DNA of 64,000 nucleotides from Candidatus Latescibacterota bacterium (GTDB lineage Bacteria > Latescibacterota > UBA2968 > GCA-2709665). The DNA lies in contig OZ244937.1 of NCBI GenBank assembly GCA_965222075.1, positions 2,528,001 to 2,592,000 on the forward strand, given 5' to 3'. Within the stretch, counting starts at the first letter, position 1; each line of letters begins with the position of its first letter. The notes beneath the pieces were generated by a model. The model was not told the origin of the DNA, ran no database searches, and was given only the letters and a program-made list of their open reading frames with translations. Positions 1 through 10,608 of the stretch are shown piece after piece. The position numbers and the translations under genes are program-made.

Positions 1-86
1 TAGTCCCGCACCGCCCAGTACCCGAACCCGAGGCAACAGAGGATTGAAACAATAATAAAGAAAACGTGAAACGCTTTTAAAGACAT
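1..86 (-). CDS. small membrane protein of the oxidase cluster (partial, runs off the window; not in ORF track)
   Basis: Manual translation from ATG at 86 gives MSLKAFHVFFIIVSILCCLGFGYWAVRD..., hydrophobic and co-oriented downstream of oxidase subunit IV. Confidence 0.6.
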   Translation of the reverse strand, partial: MSLKAFHVFFIIVSILCCLGFGYWAVRD

Positions 87-224
87 GAGCGTATCCAGGT
101 GGCTAAGCAGAGTCAAAGGGGAACGCCCCCCAACATCAGTGGAAGGACAAAGGGCCCATCCACCCTTCCTGCGGTGTTCTGGCTTCTATATTCCAGGAGC
201 GGTGAGGCGGGGGCCTTTCACCTT

Positions 225-530
225 TCACACTCCAAAAATCGACTCCACATCCGTAAACACCGGCAGAAGCATCAGAACGATAAAAAAGAGGACCGTAATC
301 GCCAGCACCCAGAAAATGATCTGCTTTTCAGACACCAGGTGCATAAAGTAGCCGGCCACCAGCCCACCCTTAATGGTCGCGATAAACAGAGCAATCAGAA
401 CCGTGATCGCTACTGACTGGATGTGGAGATACGAAACCCCAACGGTCACCACAGTCAGCACGGACAGCGCGGCAAAAACGGTCAGATAGATCCTGACGTG
501 TTTTCTGATCTCTTCAGCGCTTTCGGCCAT
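225..530 (-). CDS. cytochrome c oxidase subunit IV family protein
   Basis: 101 aa, 3 TM helices, IATIKGGLVAGYFMHL motif typical of prokaryotic subunit IV; follows subunit III. Confidence 0.85.
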   Translation of the reverse strand: MAESAEEIRKHVRIYLTVFAALSVLTVVTVGVSYLHIQSVAITVLIALFIATIKGGLVAGYFMHLVSEKQIIFWVLAITVLFFIVLMLLPVFTDVESIFGV

Positions 531-540
531 TGCAAACTCC

Positions 541-1146
541 TTACAGGAGGTAGAGCGTCGGAAACAGGAAGATCCAGACCAGGTCTACAAAGTGCCAGTA
601 AAGCCCCGCGCACTCGATCCGGTTGGCAAACCGATCGGGTTCCGTCTTCCACATGGCGCTTCCGGGAAACAACAGATAGAGATTCACGATAATTCCGCCC
701 ACCACGTGCAGCCCGTGGAGGCCGGTCATTGTAAAATAAGTCGCATAAAAGGTGCTGGTTGAAGGATGGATGCCAAGATGGAACTTGTGCGTATACTCGA
801 AATACTTGACAACCAGGAAGACGAACGCTAAGAGAATGGTCAACCCCAGATAGAGCTGGAACCTGCCGAACTGGTCCATCTTCAGCGACGCCCATGCCAT
901 GACCATCGTCACACTCGAAGCGATCAGCACAAACGTATTGAGGGTCGCCAGCGGGACGTTCAGCAGTTCCCATCCGTGCGGCCAGGTCTCGGCGCCAACC
1001 CGGAGCAGCACCAGGGTGGAAAAAAGCGCGCCGAACAGCATGACCTCGGAGGCCAGAAAGAGCCAGAGGCCCAGCTTCCCGTTGTAGACTCCGGTTATGG
1101 GATGAGGTTCAACATTGTATGGAATCTCGACAGACACGATTGACAT
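541..1146 (-). CDS. ctaE: cytochrome c oxidase subunit III (short form)
   Basis: WLFLASEVMLF, TGLHGLHV and YWHFVDLVWIFLF motifs. Confidence 0.93.
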   Translation of the reverse strand: MSIVSVEIPYNVEPHPITGVYNGKLGLWLFLASEVMLFGALFSTLVLLRVGAETWPHGWELLNVPLATLNTFVLIASSVTMVMAWASLKMDQFGRFQLYLGLTILLAFVFLVVKYFEYTHKFHLGIHPSTSTFYATYFTMTGLHGLHVVGGIIVNLYLLFPGSAMWKTEPDRFANRIECAGLYWHFVDLVWIFLFPTLYLL

Positions 1147-1200
1147 CTCCTTTTTAAGCCCCCCCTCAATTGCGGAATGCGGATTGGGGAAGGGAGGGGT

Positions 1201-3018
1201 TCAGTCATCCGCGGGTATGGGTGCCAACTCGGCGGCAGCCCCTTCCTCCGGCACATATTGCGGCGAGAAATCCGTTGAACTCCCGGACACGCTGTACTCA
1301 TAAGGCCCACGGTAAACTTTTGGTGTTTCAAGAAAGTTCCCGTGCGGCGGCGGTGTGGGCGTCGCCCACTCTAAGGTCGTGGCCTCCCACGGGTTGTCCG
1401 ACGCCACCTGCTCACCCTTCTTCAGGCTCCAGATAAAATTGATGATGAAAAATATCTGCGCCAGCCCCAGCAGCCAGGCCGACCAGGAACTCATCACCGT
1501 GAGCCCCTGAACCTGCTCCCCGTAAGCGTACTGCGTCTGGTCGTAAAGCCGCCTGGAGACCCCGGCCATTCCCACGAAGAGCATTGGAAAGAAGACACCG
1601 TTCATAAAGATCAGGGAAAACCAGAAGTGGAGCTTACCCAGCGTTTTATTCATCATCCGTCCCGTGATTTTCGGGTACCAGTAGTAGATCCCCGCAAACA
1701 GGGCAAAGATCGTGCCTGGCGCCACCACGTAGTGAAAGTGACTGATCACATAGTAGGTATCGTGCAGGTGCAAATCCGATGTGGTCAGCCCCAGGGGCAG
1801 CCCGGTCAGCCCGCCGATGGCAAACATCGGAATAAACGCCAGGGCAAAAAGCATCGGCACCGTAAACCGCATGGACGCCCTATATAAGCTGAGGGCCAGC
1901 GCGGTCAGAATAACCACCGAAGGGATCGAAATAATCATCGTGGTGGCCTGGAAAAAGTTGCTCATCACGGTCCCCATCCCCGTCATAAACATGTGATGAG
2001 CCCACACGACGAAGGACATGAACCCTAAGAAGATCAGCGAATAGACCATCGTCCGGTAGCCCCACAGCGGCCTGCGGGTATTGTTGCAGAGGACCTCGGT
2101 CACAATGCCCATAGCCGGCAGAATCAGCACGTAGACCTCCGGGTGCGCCAAAAACCAGAAGAGGTGCTGCCAGAGCAAAGGGTTGCCCCCGCCGCTCACC
2201 TCCAGCGGCTGACCCGTAATCACCAGCCCGCTGGGCAGAAAGAAACTGGTTCCTGCCAGACGGTCCATCAGCTGAAGCACACCGGCGGCCTCTAAGGGTG
2301 GAAACGCCAGCAGCAGCAGGAAGGCCGTCACAAACTGCGCCCAGACGAAAAACGGCAGCCTGAAAAAGGACAGTCCCTCGACCCTCAACTGGACCGTTGT
2401 CACAATAAAATTGAGGGAACCCAGCAGCGAGGAAGTAATCAGAAAGATCATCCCCCAAAGCCACATGGTCTGCCCCATCGGCGCAATATTGGCAAGCGGA
2501 GTGTACGACGTCCACCCCGACTGGGCCGCTCCTTCGGGCACGAAAAAGCTGACGATCATCACGATCCCACCCGCCACAAAGGCCCAGTAGCTCGCCATAT
2601 TGATCTTGGGAAACGCCATATCCGGAGCGCCGATCTGAAGCGGCAGCACGTAGTTTCCAAATCCGCCCACCGCCAGGGGAACGACCCCCATAAAGACCAT
2701 AATGGTCCCGTGCATCGCCCCAAGCTGGTTGTAGAACTCCGGCAACATCTTCCCTTCCGGCATGGTGGATTCACTGAAAAGCGCGCCGATCAACGGCAGC
2801 GCCTGGCCCGGATAGGCGAGCTGCCACCGCATCATCATCATCAGGCAGAACCCGAAAAAGAGAAAGACCAGCGCGGTGAGGGCATACTGGATGCCGATCA
2901 CCTTGTGATCGGTGGAAAAAAAGTACTTCTGCCAGAATCCCAGTTCCTCGTGAGCGTGCTCCCCGCCGTGGGCGTGCGCCTCGTCCGTCTGTTTTTCCCG
3001 CTCAACGTGTTCACTCAT
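1201..3018 (-). CDS. ctaD: cytochrome c oxidase subunit I, A1 type
   Basis: STDHKVIG, GAMHGT, D-channel PDMAFP, HPEVY, WAHHMF and SHFHY motifs; start moved to MSEHVE behind a GAGGAG RBS. Confidence 0.96.
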   Translation of the reverse strand: MSEHVEREKQTDEAHAHGGEHAHEELGFWQKYFFSTDHKVIGIQYALTALVFLFFGFCLMMMMRWQLAYPGQALPLIGALFSESTMPEGKMLPEFYNQLGAMHGTIMVFMGVVPLAVGGFGNYVLPLQIGAPDMAFPKINMASYWAFVAGGIVMIVSFFVPEGAAQSGWTSYTPLANIAPMGQTMWLWGMIFLITSSLLGSLNFIVTTVQLRVEGLSFFRLPFFVWAQFVTAFLLLLAFPPLEAAGVLQLMDRLAGTSFFLPSGLVITGQPLEVSGGGNPLLWQHLFWFLAHPEVYVLILPAMGIVTEVLCNNTRRPLWGYRTMVYSLIFLGFMSFVVWAHHMFMTGMGTVMSNFFQATTMIISIPSVVILTALALSLYRASMRFTVPMLFALAFIPMFAIGGLTGLPLGLTTSDLHLHDTYYVISHFHYVVAPGTIFALFAGIYYWYPKITGRMMNKTLGKLHFWFSLIFMNGVFFPMLFVGMAGVSRRLYDQTQYAYGEQVQGLTVMSSWSAWLLGLAQIFFIINFIWSLKKGEQVASDNPWEATTLEWATPTPPPHGNFLETPKVYRGPYEYSVSGSSTDFSPQYVPEEGAAAELAPIPADD

Positions 3019-3028
3019 AGGAAACTCC

Positions 3029-3796
3029 TCAGAATGAAAATTCGTCCTCCTCTTCTTCGACCTGCTGCTCATTCAGCCAGGCCTCGAGCGCTTCGGGTGT
3101 CTGGATGTGCACCTGGCCCCGCATCCGGAAATGGCCCAACCCGCAAAGCTGCGCGCAGGCCAGGTCGAACGTGCCCGTCCTGGTGGCCTCAAACCAGAAC
3201 CGGATTTCCGTCCCCGGGATCGCGTCCTGGGTCAGGCGCAGCACCGGGACCTTGAAACTGTGGATCACGTCCTTGGAAGAGAGGCGAATGATGACCGGTC
3301 TGTTCACAGGAATATGCAGGTTATTAATAGAATTGATGTCGTCCTTCGCATTGGGATCGTTCGGGTCCAGGCCCAGCAGGTTATCGCTTCTCACAAACTC
3401 GGGGGCGGTCCGGCCGTAGACCCCATCCTTTCCCGGATAGTGAATGTTCCACGCAAACTGTTCAGGCACCACCCGCACCACAAAAGCATCCGCATCGGAC
3501 GGAAAATCGTGCTTGAATGCCGACCAGGCAGGTATGGAAATCCCGATCAAAAGAACCGCTTCTACAATCACAATGCCGATTTCCACGTACTTGGAGGTCG
3601 TTCCTTTGACATCCTCATAGGTAGCCCTCGGGTTGGCCCCCTGCCGAAAACGGATCAAACAATAAAAAAAATAAATTCCCCAGCCCACAAACAGCGCAAT
3701 CATAAACCAGTGGATCCAGTTGATCAGGAAATCGACAACGTGTCCATGGGTCGAGACATCCATCGGAAGCCAGTATCCGTAAACCTTTTCTTTCAT
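3029..3796 (-). CDS. ctaC: cytochrome c oxidase subunit II (CuA; no fused cytochrome c)
   Basis: DVIHSF plus CAQLCGLGHFRM CuA motif, two TM helices; start MKEK after GGAGGG (alternative start 3838). Confidence 0.93.
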   Translation of the reverse strand: MKEKVYGYWLPMDVSTHGHVVDFLINWIHWFMIALFVGWGIYFFYCLIRFRQGANPRATYEDVKGTTSKYVEIGIVIVEAVLLIGISIPAWSAFKHDFPSDADAFVVRVVPEQFAWNIHYPGKDGVYGRTAPEFVRSDNLLGLDPNDPNAKDDINSINNLHIPVNRPVIIRLSSKDVIHSFKVPVLRLTQDAIPGTEIRFWFEATRTGTFDLACAQLCGLGHFRMRGQVHIQTPEALEAWLNEQQVEEEEDEFSF

Positions 3797-3834
3797 AATG
3801 AGCAGCCCTCCCGCATTAGAGGCACCAATACCTA

Positions 3835-4578
3835 TCACGGCTTCTTCTTTTTCTTAGGTATCTGGAACGTGAAATCAATCGCCGCAGACTCCCCATCCTT
3901 CACCGCCACCTCCTGGGTCTGAGAACCCAGTCTCTCGTGCCAGACCTCAATGGTATAAGTCCCGGCAGGCAGATCCTTCAACGCAAACGTCCCCCCATCG
4001 CCGGTCACATTGAAGAAGGGATGGTCCATCACCCCGATGTATGCCTGCATCCAGGGATGCACATCGCACTTGACCGGGATCATTATCTCCGTCTTGTCGA
4101 AGGTCTTGGTCATCTGCTTCCTGAACTTCGGCATGGCCTGGTTGAACTCGGTATTGACCTTCGGCTTGGGATGGATATTGTGCAGTGTGCCGTCGCTGTT
4201 CAAAATCTTGATCGGCTGGCCGGCCCGGACACCGAACACATGGGGCTTGTACATACATCCGTTCTGATCCAGAACAACCGGCTCTGTCGGCACGTCAAAT
4301 TTCTTGCCCTCCAGTCCCGTCTTGACATACACAAAGACATTGTGCAACGCCCCGTCGTCGTCCACCACCACCACCTCACTGAGCGCGGGGGCCTCGGTGT
4401 GTTTGCCCGCACAAACCGGGTCGGCGGCCATCTGGAGCTTCTTGCGTCCGGGCTTTTTCCCCCCGGGCAACTCCAGTTTAACCGTGCCCGCAACCGTAGC
4501 CCCTGCCATCGCCTCGGCCGCAACAAAACAGAAGAAACAAAAAGCCAGAAACGATGAACACAACCTTCGCCGAGTCAT
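3835..4578 (-). CDS. secreted cupredoxin-like / carboxypeptidase-regulatory-like domain protein
   Basis: Signal peptide, HNIH...CDVHPWM type-1-copper-like ligand set, C-terminal beta-sandwich (LPAGTYTIEVWHE); AGGAGAGG RBS. Confidence 0.75.
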   Translation of the reverse strand: MTRRRLCSSFLAFCFFCFVAAEAMAGATVAGTVKLELPGGKKPGRKKLQMAADPVCAGKHTEAPALSEVVVVDDDGALHNVFVYVKTGLEGKKFDVPTEPVVLDQNGCMYKPHVFGVRAGQPIKILNSDGTLHNIHPKPKVNTEFNQAMPKFRKQMTKTFDKTEIMIPVKCDVHPWMQAYIGVMDHPFFNVTGDGGTFALKDLPAGTYTIEVWHERLGSQTQEVAVKDGESAAIDFTFQIPKKKKKP

Positions 4579-4652
4579 TGATCCTCTCCTTATAGATAAA
4601 GTGTTCAAAATTCTCCACACACATCCGATGAATCGAAAAGTTCCAGCCGCAT

Positions 4653-7600
4653 CTACCGCCGGCTCAACCGTTTCTCCTGGTGCAGGCCGTAGATAATATA
4701 ATCGGTCAGCACCTCAATCACGTACCGGGTTGGCAGTTCGATCCCGCCGCCTTCCGGTTCAACACCTTCGGGAAGCGTTAAATACCTGGCCAGTTCCATC
4801 CCGCCCGCCTCTTCCGGAAGATACGTCATCTCGTCCCCGAAAAACGTCGGCATCTTGGTCCCCGGCTGGATCTTCTGCGGGTCCCACAGCCAGTCCCTGA
4901 TCCACTCCGGCATCAGGCGCTGCCGGGCCATCGCCAGGTCGGGCGCCCAGCTTGCCGGATCCCCCTTCGGCTTGATATCGCCCTGCTGGTGGCAGGTAAA
5001 ACAGTTGTAAACCTCTACGCTGAACAGCGCATCTGCCCCCTGCATCTCTCTTGGGGACAGGCGCTTTTCTGCAAACGTATGGTAGGGGAACTGCTGCTTG
5101 TCCAGCCGGGAGAAATAGGTGACGATGTCAATCGCGTCCTGATCTTCAAACCCGAAAGTCGGCATCCGCACCTCCAGCCAGGGCCGGATCGGAACCGGCG
5201 CCTTCAGGAAGCTGAAGAACCAGTCCGGCTGCACCTTCTTCCCCTCGCCGTTGAGCACCGGCGGCGTAAACCCGACCGCCTCCGCCTCCAGCACACCTTC
5301 CTCCGCATAGGCCTTCACCAGCACGTCTTCGATGGCCCTGCCCTCCCCCTCGATCACGTGACACCCTTTACAGTTGCGCTTGTAAACCAGCCACCGCCCC
5401 TTCTCAATCTCAATCTCCTCGGGCGTAGGCTGCTTCTTGGCGGTCGGGAAGATAAACGACTTGGAAAAGCTCAGCAGCGCCGTCGTCACCGCATGCGCGT
5501 CCTCATCGCTGAATCCGAAGAACGGCATCCGCAGCTTCTCGTCGAAGGTCTTCACCTTCCCCTCGTCGAAAACCCTTGGCTTCTTCAGCTTGGTAAAGAG
5601 CCAATCGTGGCGGGTATAAGGAATCTTTTCCGATTCATAAAGGGTATGAGTACTCTTTCCCAGCTTGAGTGCGAGGAGCCCAAAATCCAGCTTGTCCACA
5701 TCCTTGCTCCCCTCCTCCGTCAACTCCGTCCCAACCGGCGTGGTGTCCTCAAATCCGGAAATGTGATGGCAGCCAAAGCACCCCTGCCGCGCAATAATCT
5801 TCTCCCCCAGCCAGAGATCCCGCTGCAGGCCAGACATCGCATCCAGCCTTTCCCTGGCCTGGGCAACAGGCAGCCGGCCCTGCAGATAGCTCAGAACGAG
5901 CTGGTCCCGCACCGCCCTGTCTACCTCCGCCGGCCGCCGATTCTCAAAGTCCGGGTTGCGCAGCGTCAACAGATAGGCCGTAATATCGGCCGCTTCCTGG
6001 TCCGTCAGCCGCAGGTTGGGCATCAGCGTTTCGGAAAAATAGGCCTCCGGGGCCTTCAACCAGGCGAAGAGCCATCCGGCCGACAGCTTACTGCCCACAT
6101 CGTTGATATTTGGCCCAAAATTGCGCAGTCCGTACTCCTGCCCCACATCGTCGTCTTTGCCCACCACGTGGCACCCCCGGCACCCCACCTTGGCCACTAA
6201 GGCCTCGCCCCGCACGCCATCCCCTTTCACGGGCGGATCGGGGTAGATCGGCCGCTCCGACGTCTCAAACAGGTAGGTCACAATCGCGTTGATCGCGGCC
6301 GTGTTCCGCGTCCTGTCCTCCGGAGAATCCACATTGGGCAGATCGAAAATCTTGGGCATCTTGGTGGCAGGCCGGAACCCCTTGGGGTCTCTGACCCAGT
6401 TGAGCGCCCACCGCCTCTCCACCTTTCCGGCGATCTTCCGAAGGTCCGGCCCCACCTTCCGCAGGTCCTGGAACCCCGGGATCGCAATCTTGTGGCAACC
6501 AAAGCACCCCACCGTTCGGATCAGGTGCATCCCCCGGTTCAGCCGATTGGCGTGCTTAACCTCCACCCCCCCCGTATGGCACTGGGCGCACGACGCCTCC
6601 CCGTACTGGCTCGAAAACATCGGATAGTCCCAGTACTTCATCTTTTTCCACCCGTATTGTTTTTTCCACCGCTCGGCCTCGGCCGCATCGGTGGGCGTGT
6701 GCGCCGTGTTGTTAAAGGTGATCCCCCGGTCCCGGCCCAGATGGCAGGTGGTACACCCCACCTGGTCGACCGGATGGGCCGACGCGCTGCTCAGGTAGAG
6801 GTCCATCCTGGGGTGTGTTGCAAATACCTTGGTTCGCGCAGGCCGTTCTTCCTCCGGATAGACCTCCTCGATGTATTTTCTGAGGACCTCATCCCGGAAG
6901 AATCCGGTCTCCGGATCGGTCTCATACCCCTCCCGATCAATGTTCGCATGGCAGGTGGTGCACCGATCCACCTTGGGTACCTGGGTAAAATTGATATCGT
7001 TTCGCAAATCTCCCAGCACAATCTGCCGCACCTCGACCGACGGATCGATAAAATCGACCATCGGCAGATTCCGGAACACATTGGGAAAACTGGGCACCAG
7101 GTTTATCAGATTCCGCTGGAGAAGCTCGGCCTTTTGGAAAAGAGCGCTCTTCTGCTGCTCCAATGCTTTTTTGCGACCGGCCACCTCGTCTACGATCTTC
7201 TGCTGCGCCGCCTGCTTTGCCTCTACCCCCTCTCTGACCAGCCGGAACACCCCGATCATACTGTCCATACGCGCCATTACAGCCTTCTTCCTGGCGGCCT
7301 CTTTCTCGTGCCCGTGATGAGCGGCCTCTTCATACTCATACTTAATCACATCGTACCCCGCCTTTTCAAACTTCCCATCCTGATCGGCTTTGTAGAACGC
7401 CCCCCTCAGGTCTTCCAATACCTCAAGAGCCGCCTCATAGCGCTCCTTCTGCGTCTGAATAGAGGCCTCAACCTCGGCAATCTCAGCCTCGATCTTTTTT
7501 AGTTCGCCCTGGTCAATCTCCCGCTGCGCCGCCTGCAAATCCGCCTCGACCTTGTATTGTTCCATAGCCATCGCTTCCCGCTGCAGGCCCTTCCACTCCC

Positions 7601-7730
7601 GATCATAGTCGTCCCAGACCATCCAGATGGTGGAAATAACCAGCGCAACGCTGGAAAGCGCAAAGACCGTATTCAGCTTATTGACATTGTAGACAAAGTC
7701 CAGAAAGCCCTGCTGTCGCTGCTCGTTCAT
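4653..7730 (-). CDS. membrane-anchored multiheme cytochrome c (8 CxxCH) with coiled-coil stalk
   Basis: CTTCH, CTTCH, CAQCH, CFGCH, CRGCH, CFGCH, CKGCH, CFTCH; N-terminal TM; long E/K/A/Q-rich helical region; xMP distal-ligand motifs. Confidence 0.9.
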   Translation of the reverse strand: MNEQRQQGFLDFVYNVNKLNTVFALSSVALVISTIWMVWDDYDREWKGLQREAMAMEQYKVEADLQAAQREIDQGELKKIEAEIAEVEASIQTQKERYEAALEVLEDLRGAFYKADQDGKFEKAGYDVIKYEYEEAAHHGHEKEAARKKAVMARMDSMIGVFRLVREGVEAKQAAQQKIVDEVAGRKKALEQQKSALFQKAELLQRNLINLVPSFPNVFRNLPMVDFIDPSVEVRQIVLGDLRNDINFTQVPKVDRCTTCHANIDREGYETDPETGFFRDEVLRKYIEEVYPEEERPARTKVFATHPRMDLYLSSASAHPVDQVGCTTCHLGRDRGITFNNTAHTPTDAAEAERWKKQYGWKKMKYWDYPMFSSQYGEASCAQCHTGGVEVKHANRLNRGMHLIRTVGCFGCHKIAIPGFQDLRKVGPDLRKIAGKVERRWALNWVRDPKGFRPATKMPKIFDLPNVDSPEDRTRNTAAINAIVTYLFETSERPIYPDPPVKGDGVRGEALVAKVGCRGCHVVGKDDDVGQEYGLRNFGPNINDVGSKLSAGWLFAWLKAPEAYFSETLMPNLRLTDQEAADITAYLLTLRNPDFENRRPAEVDRAVRDQLVLSYLQGRLPVAQARERLDAMSGLQRDLWLGEKIIARQGCFGCHHISGFEDTTPVGTELTEEGSKDVDKLDFGLLALKLGKSTHTLYESEKIPYTRHDWLFTKLKKPRVFDEGKVKTFDEKLRMPFFGFSDEDAHAVTTALLSFSKSFIFPTAKKQPTPEEIEIEKGRWLVYKRNCKGCHVIEGEGRAIEDVLVKAYAEEGVLEAEAVGFTPPVLNGEGKKVQPDWFFSFLKAPVPIRPWLEVRMPTFGFEDQDAIDIVTYFSRLDKQQFPYHTFAEKRLSPREMQGADALFSVEVYNCFTCHQQGDIKPKGDPASWAPDLAMARQRLMPEWIRDWLWDPQKIQPGTKMPTFFGDEMTYLPEEAGGMELARYLTLPEGVEPEGGGIELPTRYVIEVLTDYIIYGLHQEKRLSRR

Positions 7731-7754
7731 CAAGCGTCTCCAGCGTTTCTCCGG

Positions 7755-8831
7755 TTAAATATTGAAGAAATGTTCCGGGATAGCAACGATATACTTCAAA
7801 TTGAAGATCCAGCGCAGCAGCATCTTAACGGGGAGGGCGACCATGGTGAGGAAGAGAAAGACCATCACGCTGTAACGGGCGAACCCCATGTTCTTGTAGA
7901 AATCCTTGAAAAGGGTTCGAGCAAGAATCGGCGGAGGGAGCAGGTAAAAAAGGCCAACGAGCAAGAACCCCCAGATCTCGCGGGTCAACCAAAAGGTGGG
8001 CAGCCCTGTTCCCAACATCTTGACGTAGATGTACTCGGAGAGGTTGACATTGACCAGGGCTTCTAACTTGTGCACATCCCAGTATTCGTAGGGACCAAAA
8101 ATGTTCCAGTTGGGGCCCCGCAGGAAGGTTCCAATGGTAATCATACTCACCCAGAGCACAACAAACCCGAACAGGAATACCGTAATTGCAAAACGTCGTT
8201 CCTTGAACGTATAATAGCCGGCCCCCCGGGGATTCCGATCCATGTAGGGGATGGCCATCAACCCCACAATCACCAGCGTGGGCAGCACGACCCCCGCAAT
8301 CCAGGGATCGTAATAGACCAGCATCTCCTGCAAACCCAGGAAGTACCAGGGGGCCTTGGAGGGGTTGGGCGTCTTGGCGGGATTGGCCGGCTCTTCTAAG
8401 GGGGCCTTGATCAGGATCGACCAGAGGATTAAAAACACGGTCGCCAGCGTGAGGCAAATCAGCTCTGTGTAGACCAGGTGCGGCCAGGTCAGCACCTTCT
8501 CCTTGAACTCCTGTTTCTCTATCGGGGCTTCGCCATTCGCCATTCGTTCATCGTTTTCATACCCCTGCTTCAGACTGTACCACACAAAGAATCCCACCAC
8601 ATAAAGCAGCATAACAATCGGGATATTGTCTCCCTTGGTCACAATAATCCGAAAGTTCGGATCCTGAAAACTGACAACAAAAAAAACAATCGAGCCGATC
8701 AGTGCAACAAGCCCGACCTTGTTGGTCCAGACCCACCGGGTACGGAGCGCCAGGAAGAAGAGGACAGCGAATAATGGTAAAAAAATCTTAGGGGCCGTAA
8801 TCCAGTTGATCAACCCTTTCAGAGCTTCCAT
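7755..8831 (-). CDS. Rieske/cytb complex subunit IV-like protein (cytochrome b C-terminal part) with extra TM helices
   Basis: TWPHLVYTE and PLEEPANPAKTPNPSKAPWYFLGLQE align with PetD WPN...PADPFATPLEILPEWY; follows cytochrome b. Confidence 0.85.
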   Translation of the reverse strand: MEALKGLINWITAPKIFLPLFAVLFFLALRTRWVWTNKVGLVALIGSIVFFVVSFQDPNFRIIVTKGDNIPIVMLLYVVGFFVWYSLKQGYENDERMANGEAPIEKQEFKEKVLTWPHLVYTELICLTLATVFLILWSILIKAPLEEPANPAKTPNPSKAPWYFLGLQEMLVYYDPWIAGVVLPTLVIVGLMAIPYMDRNPRGAGYYTFKERRFAITVFLFGFVVLWVSMITIGTFLRGPNWNIFGPYEYWDVHKLEALVNVNLSEYIYVKMLGTGLPTFWLTREIWGFLLVGLFYLLPPPILARTLFKDFYKNMGFARYSVMVFLFLTMVALPVKMLLRWIFNLKYIVAIPEHFFNI

Positions 8832-8906
8832 AATCTCCCTCTAATCTATTGAAAATTGAATATCGAAAACGCTTCCAATATTCAATAATTCAATTCTCAA
8901 TATCCC

Positions 8907-9692
8907 CTACATCGGCCCGGAAATTCCGCCGTCTTTTCGGACCCGCCAGAAGTGAAGGCCCATCAGGGCGGCCGCTACGAACGGAATGGCCAGACAGTGC
9001 AGCACATAGAAGCGCAAAAGGGCTCCCTCGCCCACAAACCTTCCCCCCAAAAGCGCAAACCGCGCATCGTTCCCTGCGTGGACCAGGCTAATATCCCCCA
9101 ATTTCAACAACGCCGCACCCGGCCCCTCGTGGCCTAAGAAAGGGGTCGCCCGCGCCATATTCGACCCAACCGTAATCGCCCAGATGGCGAGCTGGTCCCA
9201 GGGCAGCAGATAGCCTGTAAAGCTCAGCAGCAGCGTCAGCAGCAGAAGGATAACGCCGATCGCCCAGTTGAACTCCCGGGGGGGCTTGTAAGCCCCGGTC
9301 ATAAACACCCGGAGCATGTGCAGCCACACCGTGATCACCATCGCATGGGCACCCCACCGGTGGATCTCCCGCATAATTCCCAGGGGCACCTGCTCGCCCA
9401 GATCGATCATATCGGTATAAGCATACTCTAAGGTGGGACGGTAATAAAACATCAGCAGAATGCCCGTGATCGTCTCCACAAGGAAAATAAAAAAGGTAAG
9501 CCCACCCATACACCAGGTGTAGCGCACCCGGATGCCCGACTTGGGCGTCCGGACCGGATGCAGGTGCAGGAAAACGTTGGTCAGCACCACCTGCGCGCGG
9601 CCCCGTTCCTCCCTTGGAATATCGTGGCGGAAAATCGACTTCCAGATCTGCGAACGTTTCACCTGGTCCATCAGGCCAGATCTTTTTGGCAT
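8907..9692 (-). CDS. petB: cytochrome b N-terminal (cytochrome b6-like) subunit
   Basis: WCMGG (heme ci Cys position), IHRWGAH...[22 protein letters not shown]...LHF heme b ligands. Confidence 0.9.
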   Translation of the reverse strand: MPKRSGLMDQVKRSQIWKSIFRHDIPREERGRAQVVLTNVFLHLHPVRTPKSGIRVRYTWCMGGLTFFIFLVETITGILLMFYYRPTLEYAYTDMIDLGEQVPLGIMREIHRWGAHAMVITVWLHMLRVFMTGAYKPPREFNWAIGVILLLLTLLLSFTGYLLPWDQLAIWAITVGSNMARATPFLGHEGPGAALLKLGDISLVHAGNDARFALLGGRFVGEGALLRFYVLHCLAIPFVAAALMGLHFWRVRKDGGISGPM

Positions 9693-9744
9693 AAGACACG
9701 CTCCATCAAATTCAGTGTGATTCTCTGCAAAGGAGGCTTTAAGT

Positions 9745-10521
9745 TCAGATCTTGAGAAACGATTCCGGATTCTCCCACTGCCCCTTCTCGTACTGGTACT
9801 TATACGTCTTATCCACCATCACCTGCCCGTCGTCGGCCAGCACAATACGCGCCCGTTCCAGAGGCCGGGGCGCGGGGCCTTCAAAGTTGATCCCCGTAGA
9901 ATAGAACCCGCTCCCGTGACAGGGGCACTTGAACTTCCCCTCGTTGGCCAGCCAGTTCGGCGTGCACCCCAGGTGGGTGCAGACCGAAATCAGGGCAAAC
10001 ATCCCCTCTGTATTCTTAATGATCCAGATACTGAACTTATCCTTCCACCGTTCGTCCACCCCCAGATCGTACTCATCCGGAGTTCCGATCTTGAACGACT
10101 GGGGCGGCTCAAAAAGAACGTTTGGAAACATGAACCGTCCGGTTGCCGCCAGCCCTGCTGCGGCCGCCGAGGCGAACGCCACCCACGCCAGCGTCAGCCA
10201 GGACAAAAACCCCCGCCGGGTCGTGATCCCCCCCTCCGAAACCGGAACCGTCCTGGGAGGTCCGGGCCGGATCGTTGGCGGTGCGGGTGTCCTCTGGAGG
10301 ATCACCTCTCGCTCGACGGCGCCTTCCTCCTTTTTGGCGGTAAGCGCGCGAGCCGCAGCCGCCCGGTCGGCCGTTGTCGCAGCCTTCTTGGCCTGCGCCT
10401 TCTTCGCAGGCGCAGGCCCCACCCCGCCCTTCGCCTTTCGCATGGCCTCCGCCTTGGCCTTGGCCCGAGCCACACGGTCTGGAATATCGTCAAATTCCGA
10501 AAGATCGACGTTCTCTTCCAT
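9745..10521 (-). CDS. petC: Rieske 2Fe-2S subunit with long N-terminal extension
   Basis: CTHLGC and CPCHGSGF boxes, GPAPRPL, TRRGFL Tat-like motif before the TM helix. Confidence 0.92.
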   Translation of the reverse strand: MEENVDLSEFDDIPDRVARAKAKAEAMRKAKGGVGPAPAKKAQAKKAATTADRAAAARALTAKKEEGAVEREVILQRTPAPPTIRPGPPRTVPVSEGGITTRRGFLSWLTLAWVAFASAAAAGLAATGRFMFPNVLFEPPQSFKIGTPDEYDLGVDERWKDKFSIWIIKNTEGMFALISVCTHLGCTPNWLANEGKFKCPCHGSGFYSTGINFEGPAPRPLERARIVLADDGQVMVDKTYKYQYEKGQWENPESFLKI

Positions 10522-10608
10522 AGATAAATCACTCCCGGAATATCAGCTGCCTGGAGGTAAAAAACACCGCCGTAGTAGAAAAATTAGCCTGATTTGAAAA
10601 CTTTGGCC

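Noticed and set aside
4653-10521. Alternative complex III
   Set aside because: No molybdopterin-like ActB or NrfD-like ActC; Rieske and cytochrome b motifs define a Rieske/cytb complex.
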